A stretch of 33,431 nt of DNA, from NCBI GenBank assembly GCA_964242955.1, contig CAXTDD010000002.1:1-33431 (forward strand). The letters are read 5' to 3'. This document shows positions 1 to 11,894 of the stretch, one piece after another. A program made the translations under genes and the position numbers. Source of the stretch: an uncultured Rubrobacteraceae bacterium (GTDB lineage: Bacteria > Actinomycetota > Rubrobacteria > Rubrobacterales > Rubrobacteraceae). The notes below the pieces were generated by a model. It saw only the letters and a list, made by a program, of their open reading frames with translations. It ran no database searches and was not told the DNA's origin. Every line of letters starts with the position of its first letter. The stretch's first letter is position 1.

Positions 1-287
1 CCTCTGGGACGTTCACCACGGCGGCGTATTCTGAGTACGCGTTCGCCGAGGTAGACCCACGGGGCGAAGACGTGGCGGACGTTCGGGGCCTTGCCCACCA
101 TACTGGCGTAGGCGTTCCAGCCATACTCCCCGTCCAACTCGTAGCCTGCGTACGCGCCATGCCAGACCCCGCTTTTCTTTGCGGCTGCGAGATTCGACGC
201 GCCGAGTCCTGCGGCGGAGAAGGCCACGAGCCCTGCTCCCGCCGTTCTGAGGAAGCTGCGCCTCGGGAATACCAACTCTGTCTTCAA
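1..287 (-). CDS. 5' part of a Tat-exported GH26-like glycoside hydrolase (runs off the window)
   Basis: Not in the ORF track. TTG at 287 follows the RBS AAGGGAGG and translates MKTELVFPRRSFLRTAGAGLVAFSAAGLG... (twin-arginine RRxFL), then GVWHGAY...AYASMVGKAPNVRHVFAPW, resembling GH26 N-termini. A frameshift near 58 is possible. Confidence 0.6.
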   Translation of the reverse strand, partial: MKTELVFPRRSFLRTAGAGLVAFSAAGLGASNLAAAKKSGVWHGAYAGYELDGEYGWNAYASMVGKAPNVRHVFAPWVYLGERVLRIRRRGERPR

Positions 288-375
288 TTGCTGACCTCCC
301 TTACCATCAGTTCTGTAGTCCTCCACGCAAGGTACGTACCTGATTTCTCTCCATTAACGCTAGTCGCGTGTCGAA

Positions 376-951
376 CTAGTCTTGTGTCAAGGATGATTCG
401 ATGTATGCTGCGGCCACCTGATGCCGAAGGGGGCCGCCATAAAGAAGAGCTACGTCGTCGAGCTCACCGAGGACGAGCGCGGGAGTCTCAAGAGGCTCAT
501 CTCCCGGGGCACCGCCTCGGCCAAGATGCTCAAACTGCGCCCGCATCCTCTTGAAGGACGACGTCGGGGAGTACTCCGAGGGCTTGGCGCTCTCTGACGA
601 TGCCATAGCCCGAATGCTCACAACGTCGGCGGCCACCGTGGGGAGGGTGAGGACGCACTTGTGACGCCAAGGGCTGGAAGCTGGCGCTTGAGCGTTCGGC
701 GTCGGACAGGGTCTACGAGAGGTCCCTGGATGGGAGGGCCGAGGCGAGGCCGATCGCCCCGGCTTGCTCGGGGCGCCGGAGAGGATGGACCGTTGGAGCC
801 TGCGCTTGCTCGCTCAGAAGGCCGTGGAGTCAGGCGCGGCCGAGAGCGTCTCCCACGAGACGGTCAGACATACGCTCAAGAAAACAAGCTCAAGCCCCAC
901 CTAGTGAGCGGATGGGTCATCCTCCCGAAGGAGAGCGGCAGCTTCGTCTGA
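376..951 (+). mobile_element. Degenerate IS630-family remnant (HTH ORF plus start of second ORF)
   Basis: Starts at CTAG. Broken frames give KKSYVVELTEDER..LKRLISRG, ARILLK..D, RWSLRLLA, SVSHETVRHTLKK, NKLKPHL..W.I.P. Several frameshifts and stops. Confidence 0.8.
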
Positions 952-1438
952 AGCAGTGACATCGGCCGCGAGGGCGAGGTTCGTCTGGCCCTCGTTCGGG
1001 TACACGTCGGCGACGGTAGGAACGGCGGTCTGCGCTATGTCGTAGGTCAGGCCGGAGGGGTTGTCAACCTGCACCGTCCCGTTGACGACGCCGTTGAATA
1101 CCTTGCCCATCGAGTCCGACTGGGTGCCCGCAGTCCCCACCTTGTATCCCGTCGGGGCGGTTTAGCCGTCGAGCACGTGCAACTCCTGCGGGCCTCCCGC
1201 CACCAAAGGCCCGACGTTCCCGTTTCTCTCGAAGGTGAAGGCCCTGCCCTTGCAGCCCGACCGGTCCGTCTTCGACGTGTTGGAGGCCGTCAGATCGTCG
1301 TAGCCTACCGACTTGCCGCGCGCGACGTAGAACCCCGTCGTGCCAGTGTGTTTAGCGGTGAGGTTGCTCAGGTGGTACGTCCCGCCCGCGGAGGTTGAGT
1401 CCCACGCCGTGCCCTGAAGGTCGAAGCCGGACGTCTAA

Positions 1439-2390
1439 GAGCTTCCGTCAATAGGGAGTGCGTCTACGTGTAAAGCGGGCACGGATGCTCGATCATCCGG
1501 GGAGTCCTCTAAGCTACCCGAACAGAAGGAGCCTGCTCCGTGCCCGCGATCCAACCATACATCATCGAGCCCATCTGGGAGCAATTCGAAGCCCTCTTGC
1601 CCGAGCGAAGGACGGATCATCCGCTCGGATGCCACAGGCCCCGCGTCCCCGATCACGTGGTCTTCGCCAAGCTGGTCGCGGTCTTGGTGTTCGGGTGCGC
1701 CTACGAGAGGATCGCCGACGCATCTTGCTCGGAGAGCACGCGGCGTCGTAGGCGCGACGAGTGGATCGGCCTCGGTCTGATGGAGAGGCTAAGACAGATC
1801 TCCCTCGGGGCTTACGACCGCCTCATCGGCCTCGAACTGGCCGACCTGGCGGTCGACGGGTGCATAACCAAAGCTCCCTGCGGCGGGGAGAAGGCGGGAA
1901 GGAGCCCGGTAGATAGGGGGAAAGGGGGCATCAAACGTTCGACGGTGGTGGACGCAAAAGGCATCCCGCTTGGGACCGTCACGGCCCCGGCCAACCGCAA
2001 CGACTCGCCGCTATTGGGCGCGACCCTCGACACCCTGGAGCCGCTCGGGGAGTTGCCGGATCGGGCGAGGGTGCATCTGGACCGCGGCTACGACTCGAAG
2101 GCCACCCGCGAGAAGCTAGAGGCCCGCGGTCTGAGCGGCGAGATCTCCGAGAGGGGCAAGCCCGCACCACTGCAAGCCGCGCGACGCTGGGTTGTGGAGC
2201 GCACGAACTCGTGGCACAACGCCCACAAGAAGCTGGCGCGGTGCACCGAGAAGCGCGGGCGGGTGATCGACTTTTGGGTGGCGTTCTCGGAGGTGGTCAT
2301 CATCGTGAGGCGGCTCGTCAGGGAAGGCTGGATCCGCTACCGCTGGGAGGGCCGACCTTCCCGTCGGCCATCACCTATTGACGGAAGCTC
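1439..2390 (+). mobile_element. IS5-family element, complete
   Basis: Perfect 17-bp TIRs GAGCTTCCGTCAATAGG (1439-1455) and CCTATTGACGGAAGCTC (2374-2390). TAA target duplication at 1436-1438 and 2391-2393. Confidence 0.93.
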
Positions 2391-2445
2391 TAAGTCGCTT
2401 TGCACCGAAATGTTGGTCAAACGGACGGTGCCCTGCGTTTGGTAG
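1540..2445 (+). CDS. IS5-family transposase (reads through the right TIR)
   Basis: Motifs AVDGCITKAP, DRGKGGIKRS, HLDRGYDS and RWVVERTNSW. AAGGAG upstream. Confidence 0.9.
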   Translation: MPAIQPYIIEPIWEQFEALLPERRTDHPLGCHRPRVPDHVVFAKLVAVLVFGCAYERIADASCSESTRRRRRDEWIGLGLMERLRQISLGAYDRLIGLELADLAVDGCITKAPCGGEKAGRSPVDRGKGGIKRSTVVDAKGIPLGTVTAPANRNDSPLLGATLDTLEPLGELPDRARVHLDRGYDSKATREKLEARGLSGEISERGKPAPLQAARRWVVERTNSWHNAHKKLARCTEKRGRVIDFWVAFSEVVIIVRRLVREGWIRYRWEGRPSRRPSPIDGSSKSLCTEMLVKRTVPCVW

Positions 2446-3840
2446 GTGCCTCCGTCGGGGCGCTGCCCCTCTTTGCGGGCGCTCGGACGGCCTTCCTCGT
2501 CGCGACCGAGGAAACTCCCCTGGTCTCTGGCGAGAAGACCTCGATGTCCCTGAACTCAACCGAGTCGACCGCGTCGATCTCAATGCCACACCTGGCCGCC
2601 CCTTGGCCCGGCCAGCCCGGAGTTCCCCGGAATGCGCCGCCGTTGGTCACGGTGCCGCTCTCGAACGTGACGCTCGAGGGCACCATCGTGACGTACTTGT
2701 AGTATACTCGTGCGGCCTGTAGTCGTCGGGACCCATGATCGGCGCCTCGTAGCAGCACAGCAGCCCGCTGGCCGACGTCCCGTACACCACGAACTTCTCC
2801 ACCGTCACGCCGCTCTGGCCGTCGACGACGATCCCCCTTGCCCTGCTGTTCTTTACGGTCACGTCGTAGGCGTAGCCGCCGACGCCGCACGAGTGTACTT
2901 CGTTTGTGCTGAGAAAAGCCAGTCCGTCGTCCCCGGTGTTCTCGGTGTACAGGCGGCGGACGGCGGGACTCTGGCAGTTGGCGAAGTGCACCCCATCGGC
3001 CCTGGTGTTCTTGATCCGGGTTTGCCTACCCTCGTCGGCGACAACGGAAGGCTGACGCATTTGAAGAAGTACAGGCCGGCCGCGCTTGCGCCTTCGATGT
3101 TCGCGTTCTGCACGACGGTGACGGAGGTCTCCCTGAACGACATGTTCGCCCCGTAACTGTTGCGCGCGGCGGGCAGGGTTTCGTAGGTGGCCGACAGACC
3201 CTCGAAACGGGCACCCGCGCCGTAGTAGAAATCCAGCCCGTGGTGCGTGGTGCTCGTGAAGACAAAGCGGGCGCCCGGTTGCATCCTCAGCGTCCCCTCA
3301 AAGTAGCCGATGGCGATCTGCGGCGCGGAGTTGTCCACAAAGTAGTCGCCGGGCGGAAACTCGATCAGTCTCCTGTTCGGAGCGGTTGGGTGGCCGCCAA
3401 GGGCGTTCTTGAGGTTCTCCCGATTCTGCTCGGCCTTCGACCGGTCGTTAGGGACGATGTCCACGGAGGTCGCCGTTTCTGCGAAGGCCGACCTCGCTGC
3501 GGTGCTCGGGAGCGTCGCCGCCGCCAGACCAGCGCCGCCAAGCGCAAGAAACCTTCCCCTACTCAAAGCCTTACCTGTTACAGATTTCCTGCGACGCTCG
3601 AATCCGTCCTCATCCATGCACGCCCCTTCCCATCTCGTCTAATCGGTGGCCTCAGCGCCGCACTGGCCACCGAGGAGTACACAATATTGTGTGTATCAGT
3701 TAGTGCTTTACGCAAGGGCGAACATCGTAAAGCATACGCTGGACGCCCGAAAGTACATCATCGCGCTTCGCCATCAGGTTGTGTCTCTGAGGTGCGACAT
3801 ACGCGAACTGCACTTTCGTACTTTACAGAGACAACCTTTA

Positions 3841-4836
3841 CAGCGGTACTCCCAGGCATTGATCCCGTGCTTGGTAGCCGCAGTGGGCGAACCAGCCGGT
3901 CGGGTCTCGGGGCGTAACAGCACGGAGCGCCACGCCCATGGCCTCATCCAGGGCATCGCGGGTGCGCGGCCCGACCTTCCTCACGAGCTGCTTTATCTCG
4001 GAGAAGGCCTCCTCTATGGGGTTGAGGTCCGGCGAGTAGGCCGGCAGGAACACGAGGTCCGCCCCCCGCGCCTCGACGAACTCCCTAACCTTGTCGGTCC
4101 TGTGCGCCCCAAGCCCGTCGAGAACCACCACCTGCCCTGCTTCCAGCGTCGGGGCCAGGAACTCTTCCACGTAGGCCTCGAAGAGCTCGGCATCGATGGC
4201 CCCCTCGATGGAGACCGACTCGCACATCGCCCCTTCGAGGGTGATCTAGGCGATCGGGGTCTGGTTGCGGCCCCGCTTCCTCGGGACCTTGCCGTAAGCC
4301 CGCTCCCCCTTCGCCCGCGGGCGTGCCATGGAGGTGTGGAAGCCGGACTCGTCCACGAACACCAGCCTCCTGGCGTCGAAGCGGGAGGCCGGCCGCCGCC
4401 ACAGCCCCCGCGCCTCCTCGCCGCGCTCTTGGGCTACGGGGGACTTTTTTTGAGCGGCCAGCCTCCGGGCAGGCGGGAGACCACCCTCCCGACCGTCGAG
4501 GTGGAGACCGGCACCCCACGGGCCTCCTCGAACGCCTCGCGGTGCTCCGCAAGCGTGAGGTCGTGGTTCTTCTCCAGGTGGGCCGGCAGCCACCCCTCGA
4601 GCGTCGCGCCCTTCACGCGGGGACGGCCGGGGATGGGGACGGCCTCGACCCCGCCCGTCTCGCGGCGCCGCCCGAGCCAGCGCTTGATGGTCGGCGCCGA
4701 CACGGAGAAGGTCCCGGCGACTTCCTCCCTGGGCACCCCACGGTCCACCGCGGCGAGCACCCTGATCCTCAGATCCTTCGAGTAGGGTTTCATGCCCACA
4801 GGCTAACACCGGATCGATACTTACACTGACCGCTGT
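3841..4836 (-). mobile_element. IS630-family element with frameshifted catalytic ORF
   Basis: ORFA MKPYSKDLRIRVLAAVDRG (ATG 4793), A7G slippery run at 4445-4451, then FVDESG, VVLDGL and YSPDLNPIEEAFS split over frames. Ends CAGCGGT/ACCGCTG lie next to TA. Confidence 0.88.
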
Positions 4837-5070
4837 TAGTGCTGGCTGACCAAACCGGAGATCCCACCTCAACGACCTGCCTTTGCTGTTGCAATCGCTT
4901 TCAGAATTCCACCAACAGGAATCCGCACGAAAATAGTACTTGCGGGTGTTTCGTCAACCTCCGTACTGATTTAACATAGAGAATGGGAGTAGGAAGGCGT
5001 TCTTCCCACCCAGAGGCCGTTCGATGTGGGACGTGTACTCGATTGGCGGATCAACGAGAGGGCGCTGCGG

Positions 5071-7161
5071 ATGAGAAGGACAGTGGCGATGCTGGCGGTG
5101 GCGATGCTGGCGGTTGCGGTACCCGCGCTGGCTGCCGAGCTGACGCGCTACGAGGGCGAGGGCCAGAGCTACGGGGCCTTTGCCCGTCCGGTCGCGGACG
5201 CCGCGGCCCTCAATGACCGCGCCTTGCGCTACGACGACAACGGACGCGCCTCCAAGACGGTAAGTCTGTCGGGGCCGGCTACCCAGGTAGTCGTCAGGTC
5301 CCGTATCCCTGCCACATCCGACAGCTACGTGTCGCTCCGGTTGATCGTGGACAACGCCTTCAAGGGCGAGAAAACGATAGCCCGCACGGTCACGGCTTAC
5401 CAGGACCGGGCGTTCGCCGTGGATCTTCCCGCCGGACAGCACACCATCGGCGTCGCGGGGGCGAACATCTCCGGATCCGACGCCCTGCTCGTGGACCGTG
5501 TGACCATCAATGGAAGTGCTCCGCCGCCGGACACGGACGGCGACGGGATGGCCGACGCTTCGGACAACTGCCCGGAAGCGGCCAACGCGGACCAGGCCGA
5601 CGGCGACGGGGATCTGACCGGGGATGCGTGCGATGCACAGCCCGGCATCGACAACCGCTACGGGTTCTCGCCTTCCAACACCGCCCAACAGAACCGCGAC
5701 GCCCTGTTGTCGATGAGCAACACCGGCCGCGACGTGGTGCTGCCCCCCGGCGACTATCTGGTGGACAACGAGCTGGAGAAGCCGCAGATTACCGTGTCGA
5801 ACTTCTCAGGTTCGTTCACTATGCGCGACGGGGCACGCCTCGTCTTCACCGAGAACGGTATGAATGCGAACGGCACGGTGAAGACAGAATGTGGCACGAA
5901 CCCAGGCGGCACGATCGTACCATGCCGCCTGGGTATACTGGGAGTCCGATTCTCTAGCGGAACGGGCGCTCGCTTCTACGGTCTCAGCAACGGCTGGCAG
6001 GATGGGCGGCCCACGAAGCGCTACGGTTCGCGCGGCCCGTTCGAGTGGGAGGGCACGACGGACACGCTGGTGGAGGCGGCGAGGGTGGACGGCTCCCAGG
6101 CCGCGGGTTTGGGCTTTGTCTCTTCCAAGCTCACGGATACCGTTGTGAAGAGGTGCGTAAGGCCCGTCGTAAGAGATGCGATTGTGGAGAATACCATGGC
6201 CGACGGCATACACGTTGCCAACTGCCAGGATGCTGAGGTCGCCGACAGTCACACCTCGAACACCGGCGATGACGGTATAGCGTTCCTCAACTTTAGTGAC
6301 CGTCCCGATCTCTCGGGAGGCTACGCCCATGACGTAACCGTTACCAAGTCTCGTGCCAGGGGCATCGCTGTCGCCGGTCAAAGAGACGTGACGATAGGGA
6401 GATTTCAGGTGGGAACAAACCAACCCACGCCGGATGGCTCTTCGGTGAGCGGTCTCTGGTGCGCCTACGCGTCTACGCCCGCCGATACGAGAGTACCGTC
6501 GAACGTCGTGTTCAAGGATGGCAGCGTTTATCATGGGGGTACTTTTCGAGGTACTCCCGAGTGGCCAGGTCAAAACGGGAACAAGTATGGTATCGAGTAT
6601 GGTGACGTAGAATCCGTCCGGTTTGACAATGTCACTGTCGTTTCGCCGGGCACCAGGGGGGTCTCGGGACATATTTCTCTAGGGCAACTGCCGAACGGTG
6701 CCGTTATTGGCGACGGTATCGTTCACCTTAGCAACATTGAGGTAAGAGACGTACCAGAGTCTGGCTTCGACCTCAACGCCAGGAAGCTGTACCTAGACAA
6801 CCTCACCGCCAAATACCCGGGCAAGTACGGCTTCTACGTTAGGGGTAGCGATTCAGTTGGCTACAGCAAGCTGACCTCGGTCAACGCCAACAACTCGGGC
6901 GATCCCAATGACCCAGGCTCCACAGGACGCGCCTTTGGTTTCGAAAACAACGCGAGTGTTGGTCCCATACCCGGGGCTACGAAGCCGCAAGAGTTGCACG
7001 TGGTGGATGATCAGGTTACCCCTACCGGCTATAAGGTCGTTCACGCTGGCACACAATCGGGTACGCTGGGTAAGATTTACGATGGGGTGATCAACGGGAC
7101 GGTCAGGGTGGAGAGATACGCTTCCTCTAACCTGACCTACGAGATCGTGAACGGCCCGTAG
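5071..7161 (+). CDS. Secreted multidomain protein: CBM-like beta-sandwich, thrombospondin type-3 Ca-binding repeat and right-handed beta-helix (putative glycanase, paralog 2)
   Basis: Sec signal MRRTVAMLAVAMLAVAVPALAA (ATG 5071 preferred over 5026); YEGE...LPAGQHTI...VDRVTI module; DTDGDGMADASDNCP...DQADGDGDLTGDACD (5530-5634); VVLPPGDYLV; NTMADGIHVANCQ and NTGDDGIAF. Confidence 0.82.
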   Translation: MRRTVAMLAVAMLAVAVPALAAELTRYEGEGQSYGAFARPVADAAALNDRALRYDDNGRASKTVSLSGPATQVVVRSRIPATSDSYVSLRLIVDNAFKGEKTIARTVTAYQDRAFAVDLPAGQHTIGVAGANISGSDALLVDRVTINGSAPPPDTDGDGMADASDNCPEAANADQADGDGDLTGDACDAQPGIDNRYGFSPSNTAQQNRDALLSMSNTGRDVVLPPGDYLVDNELEKPQITVSNFSGSFTMRDGARLVFTENGMNANGTVKTECGTNPGGTIVPCRLGILGVRFSSGTGARFYGLSNGWQDGRPTKRYGSRGPFEWEGTTDTLVEAARVDGSQAAGLGFVSSKLTDTVVKRCVRPVVRDAIVENTMADGIHVANCQDAEVADSHTSNTGDDGIAFLNFSDRPDLSGGYAHDVTVTKSRARGIAVAGQRDVTIGRFQVGTNQPTPDGSSVSGLWCAYASTPADTRVPSNVVFKDGSVYHGGTFRGTPEWPGQNGNKYGIEYGDVESVRFDNVTVVSPGTRGVSGHISLGQLPNGAVIGDGIVHLSNIEVRDVPESGFDLNARKLYLDNLTAKYPGKYGFYVRGSDSVGYSKLTSVNANNSGDPNDPGSTGRAFGFENNASVGPIPGATKPQELHVVDDQVTPTGYKVVHAGTQSGTLGKIYDGVINGTVRVERYASSNLTYEIVNGP
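5083..5112 (+). repeat. 15-bp tandem duplication in the signal peptide (VAMLA x2)
   Basis: GTGGCGATGCTGGCG occurs twice, head to tail. Confidence 0.9.
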
Positions 7162-7387
7162 TTCGTAGTGTATTAATGCAAGGACACAGCACCAATGTGG
7201 TCGAAACCATAGAAAGAGGAAGATGCAGGACTGTTGAGCGCCGGAGAGCCTATGTTCACCACCCGAAAATTTATCGAGGAAAGGAACGCCTGCCGGCCCT
7301 TGATAGTGTTAGTCAAATATTCAGGAACCATTCGTAGCACCAATTTCGTCCTTGCTGTTCCTATCGGCCATACGGAGGGAGAGGAAC

Positions 7388-8929
7388 GTGAAACACGAAC
7401 GCACGATAGAAAAGGTGAGGGTGGGATCCCTCGACGTGCGGGGTATCGTGGTGCCCAGTGAGAGTATAAGCCGCGCCAGGTTTATCGCGTTGAGCGCGGC
7501 TGCGGTCTTGAGCACGACCGCGGGTGTCGGATTGCAACGCACCGTCGCGGGAGCCACCCCGATGGGCGACCCGATAGACCTGACAACGTTGGGTATGGGT
7601 ACGGACAAGAATGGCGTCGAGAATCGTCGGGCGTTCGTCGAAGCGCTACGCTACAACAACCGGCGCTACTATATGCCCCCCGGTCGCTACCTGATGGACA
7701 ACTCTCACGAGGCACCCGGCAACGGCGCCAATCCCAACGGGGTGATCAACATAGACGGGTTCAGCGGGGAGTTGATCATGGACACGGACGCCCAGATAGT
7801 GTTCCTCGACCCCACCAAGCGCGGGTTCGTGTTCTACGAAGGCACGGGTGCTGTTTTCAGGAACACTAACCTGACGTTCCAGACGATGCCGAATCGCCGT
7901 GTAGTGCCGGAGGAATGCCTCACGTTCGACAATCATACCGGGCTGCAGGTACTCAACCCGATCGTCAACGGTTCGGCGGCGGCAGGTATACTGCTCTTCC
8001 GCTGTACCGATCCCCTGGTGACGGGAGCACGGATAACGAACACCATGGCCGACGGTTTGCATTTTGCCAACTGCCAGAACCCGCGCGCCGAAGGTCTGCG
8101 CACGAACAATACCGGCGACGATGCGCTGGCTTTCATCAACTACGCTGATGCACCAGCGTACACTGGCGGTTACGCTAGGGACATCGACGTCAGCGACTCC
8201 AAAGCACGCGGCATCTGTGTCGGGGGTCAGAGCGGCGTCACCATAGAAGATTTCCAGGTAGACGGCACGAACGCCAGCGGCCTTCTTGTGTGCCGCGACG
8301 CCTTCTTCGACACTAGGGTGCCGGACAATGTGATCGTGCGCCGGGGTACTATCCGCAATGCTGGATCGGTCGTGGACCCGGCCGGTAAGACGGGCAACAA
8401 GTTCGGTATCGAAGCCGACGGTTTCGACAATGTTTCGCTCTCTAGCATCACCGTCATCAGCTCGCGCAACCGGGGCCTGAGTTCGTTCGGGAGGCGCAAT
8501 GTCGGTGGCCGCGTGACGCGCGGCGCTTTGCAGTTGCGCGGCATAAAGTTGGATGTGCCGCAATCGGACGGGTTCAACATCCAGGATTCGCTGCCGGATA
8601 TGGCAGGCTGCACCGCCGCCGGCTCCTACGGACCGGGATTCTACTTCGGTCGCTGCCCGGAGGTCAGATACTCTGGCACGCTTAGCGCGGTTCGCACCTC
8701 GCAGCGCCGCACCGAACGCCGCGCGTTCTGGTTCGAGAACAACGGCTACGTACGCGGTGCCGAAGGGATACTCGACATAGTGGATGGACGCTCTGCCGAT
8801 GCCGTTACCGGTTACGTGCTGTTCACATCCGGCGACGGGGGCGGCAACCTCGGAAGGTACAGAGACTTGCTTACCCACCGAGCGGTGAAGGTAGAGAACA
8901 ACTCACGCCTCACCCTCGGGCGCGTCTAG
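7388..8929 (+). CDS. Secreted right-handed beta-helix protein (putative glycanase, paralog 3)
   Basis: GTG 7388 after GGAGGGAGAGG (start uncertain). Tat-like SRARFIAL plus hydrophobic stretch; YYMPPGRYLM; NTMADGLHFANCQ, NTGDDALAF, SKARGI. Confidence 0.82.
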   Translation: MKHERTIEKVRVGSLDVRGIVVPSESISRARFIALSAAAVLSTTAGVGLQRTVAGATPMGDPIDLTTLGMGTDKNGVENRRAFVEALRYNNRRYYMPPGRYLMDNSHEAPGNGANPNGVINIDGFSGELIMDTDAQIVFLDPTKRGFVFYEGTGAVFRNTNLTFQTMPNRRVVPEECLTFDNHTGLQVLNPIVNGSAAAGILLFRCTDPLVTGARITNTMADGLHFANCQNPRAEGLRTNNTGDDALAFINYADAPAYTGGYARDIDVSDSKARGICVGGQSGVTIEDFQVDGTNASGLLVCRDAFFDTRVPDNVIVRRGTIRNAGSVVDPAGKTGNKFGIEADGFDNVSLSSITVISSRNRGLSSFGRRNVGGRVTRGALQLRGIKLDVPQSDGFNIQDSLPDMAGCTAAGSYGPGFYFGRCPEVRYSGTLSAVRTSQRRTERRAFWFENNGYVRGAEGILDIVDGRSADAVTGYVLFTSGDGGGNLGRYRDLLTHRAVKVENNSRLTLGRV

Positions 8930-8956
8930 CCGGCACGCTTGGCGCCATGAAGTTAG

Positions 8957-10306
<1,350 letters not shown>

Positions 10307-10931
10307 CTTCCAAGACGGTTGCTTTCTTCGGGCGACCGGCGCGAGAACGCCTTGCCCTGCTCGGCGGCCACCCCGTTGGCGTCTCGGGCGGGGTGAACGC
10401 GCGTGACGTGCACCGGAGCGGTCCAGCTCTCGCGGACGAAGTTGAGCCGGGCGACGAACTGGTAAGCCCATCTTGTCACGATGGGCTGGCCGGAGGAGTG
10501 GCGGGAGGGGTGGTAGTAGAAGCCGCGCTCGGGGCTCGTCTCGGCATCGCAACGGGCCCACACGCTCGCGTCCATGGCAAAGACGGGCGGCCCGTTCTCG
10601 GCTTCGGCAAACGGGACCCGGGCGAGCAGCCTGCGTAGGGCCTCGGCGTCTGTGGCCCCGTGCGCCAAAGCGGCGCAGAGGCTGCCCCACCCGCGGCGAT
10701 GGGAAGCCGGGAGGCTGAGGCGGACGGGGGAAGGGACGGCATCCGCAGCGAGGAGGGCGTCGGTGAGCTCGAAGAGGGCGTCGGCCCTGCGGTCGAGGCA
10801 CCCGTACAAGGAGTGACGGAAGGAGCGAAAGGCGCGAAGAGCATCGAAGCTTTCCATGGTGCAACCACCATGCACCCGCTCGCATCGTCCCGCATCCTTC
10901 AACCGCCAGCACAGTTAAAACGCAAGCTAAG

Positions 10932-11689
10932 AAGAGGGGCGAGGAGATACGCAGAACGAGCAACGCCACGCCCATCGTTACCTGGGAACCTTGGGCTGGT
11001 CCCGAAGCTGATCCGGCACAGTTCCCGCTGGACGATTTAACGTCGGGTAAGCACGATGAATACATCGAAACATGGGCAAGAGCGGCGGCAGACTACGATG
11101 AGCCTCTCTACCTCCGTTTCGCCCAGGAGATGAACGCCGGCTGGTTCCCGTGGGGCGTGGGCACGAACGGCAACACGACCACGGATTACGTGACGGCCTG
11201 GAGGCACATTCACGATATCTTTGAGCAGGAAGGGGCGACCAACGTCAGGTGGGTGTGGGCCCCCAACGTGAAGCCGGGGCTGCCCACGCCGTACGCCGAG
11301 CTGTACCCGGGTGACGATTACGTGGATTGGCGCTTGACGGTTACAACTGGGGTACGATCAGAGAATGGTCGACTTGGCAAACCTTCACGGGGGTGTTCAA
11401 GACTTCCTACGACGAAATCATCGGCATCTCAAACAAACCCGTGATGATCGCTGAGACGGCGTCGACGGAGGAAGGCGGAGACAAAGCGGCGTGGATACGG
11501 AGCGCGTTCCTAACCGAGGTGCCGTCCCAATCATTTCCGCGTATAGCGGCCATCAACTGGTTCAACGCCAACAAGGAGACCAATTGGCGCATAGACTCCA
11601 CTCCAACTCCTGACGACACTTACAGCGCTGCCAACGATGCTCACAGGGAGGTCGCCCGTGATCTCCTCTATCAAAGCAATCTGCCCTAA
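10932..11689 (+). pseudogene. GH26 beta-mannanase-like hydrolase, 5'-truncated by IS and frameshifted near 11330
   Basis: TPIVTWEPW, SGKHDEYI..WA, LYLRFAQEMN.GWFPW, RWVWAPN, YPGDDYVDW / ALDGYNWG, KPVMIAETAS, INWFN. Confidence 0.88.
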
Positions 11690-11894
11690 CCGGGCTACTC
11701 ATAGGGCCACTCGGGTCACACGTGAGGGGACATTCTGCCCGGCGCTGTGGTACTGCGCCGATCATAGAGCTTGGCGCGACGGGCACGAGAACGTCCCTGG
11801 GACAGCTGCAAGGGCGCGTCAAAGAGCTGTGGGGCCCGAGATCCTCGCCAGATGAGCGTTGCGAGAATCTTAGGTCCTGAGCGACTGTGACCAA

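Larger units (their letters stand above)
952..3617 (-). pseudogene. Secreted right-handed beta-helix protein (paralog 1): frameshifted, split by IS5, 3'-truncated at the start of an Ig-like (Big_5-type) domain
   Basis: Pieces in ORFs 2859..3617, 2647..3060, 2417..2890, region 1140-1435 and 901..1140 align in order with 5071..7161 (NTRADGVHFANCQ, NTGDDGLAF, SRARGI, FRGTPGWPG, SGFDL, GRAFTFE, QELHVLD, GVVNGTVQV). In-frame TAA near 1161. Confidence 0.88.

Noticed and set aside
3646-4785. 379-aa plus-strand ORF
   Set aside because: Antisense shadow of the IS630 transposase in GC-rich DNA; no motifs of its own.
7646-8878. 410-aa minus ORF (and 5806..6672)
   Set aside because: Antisense to well-supported beta-helix genes.
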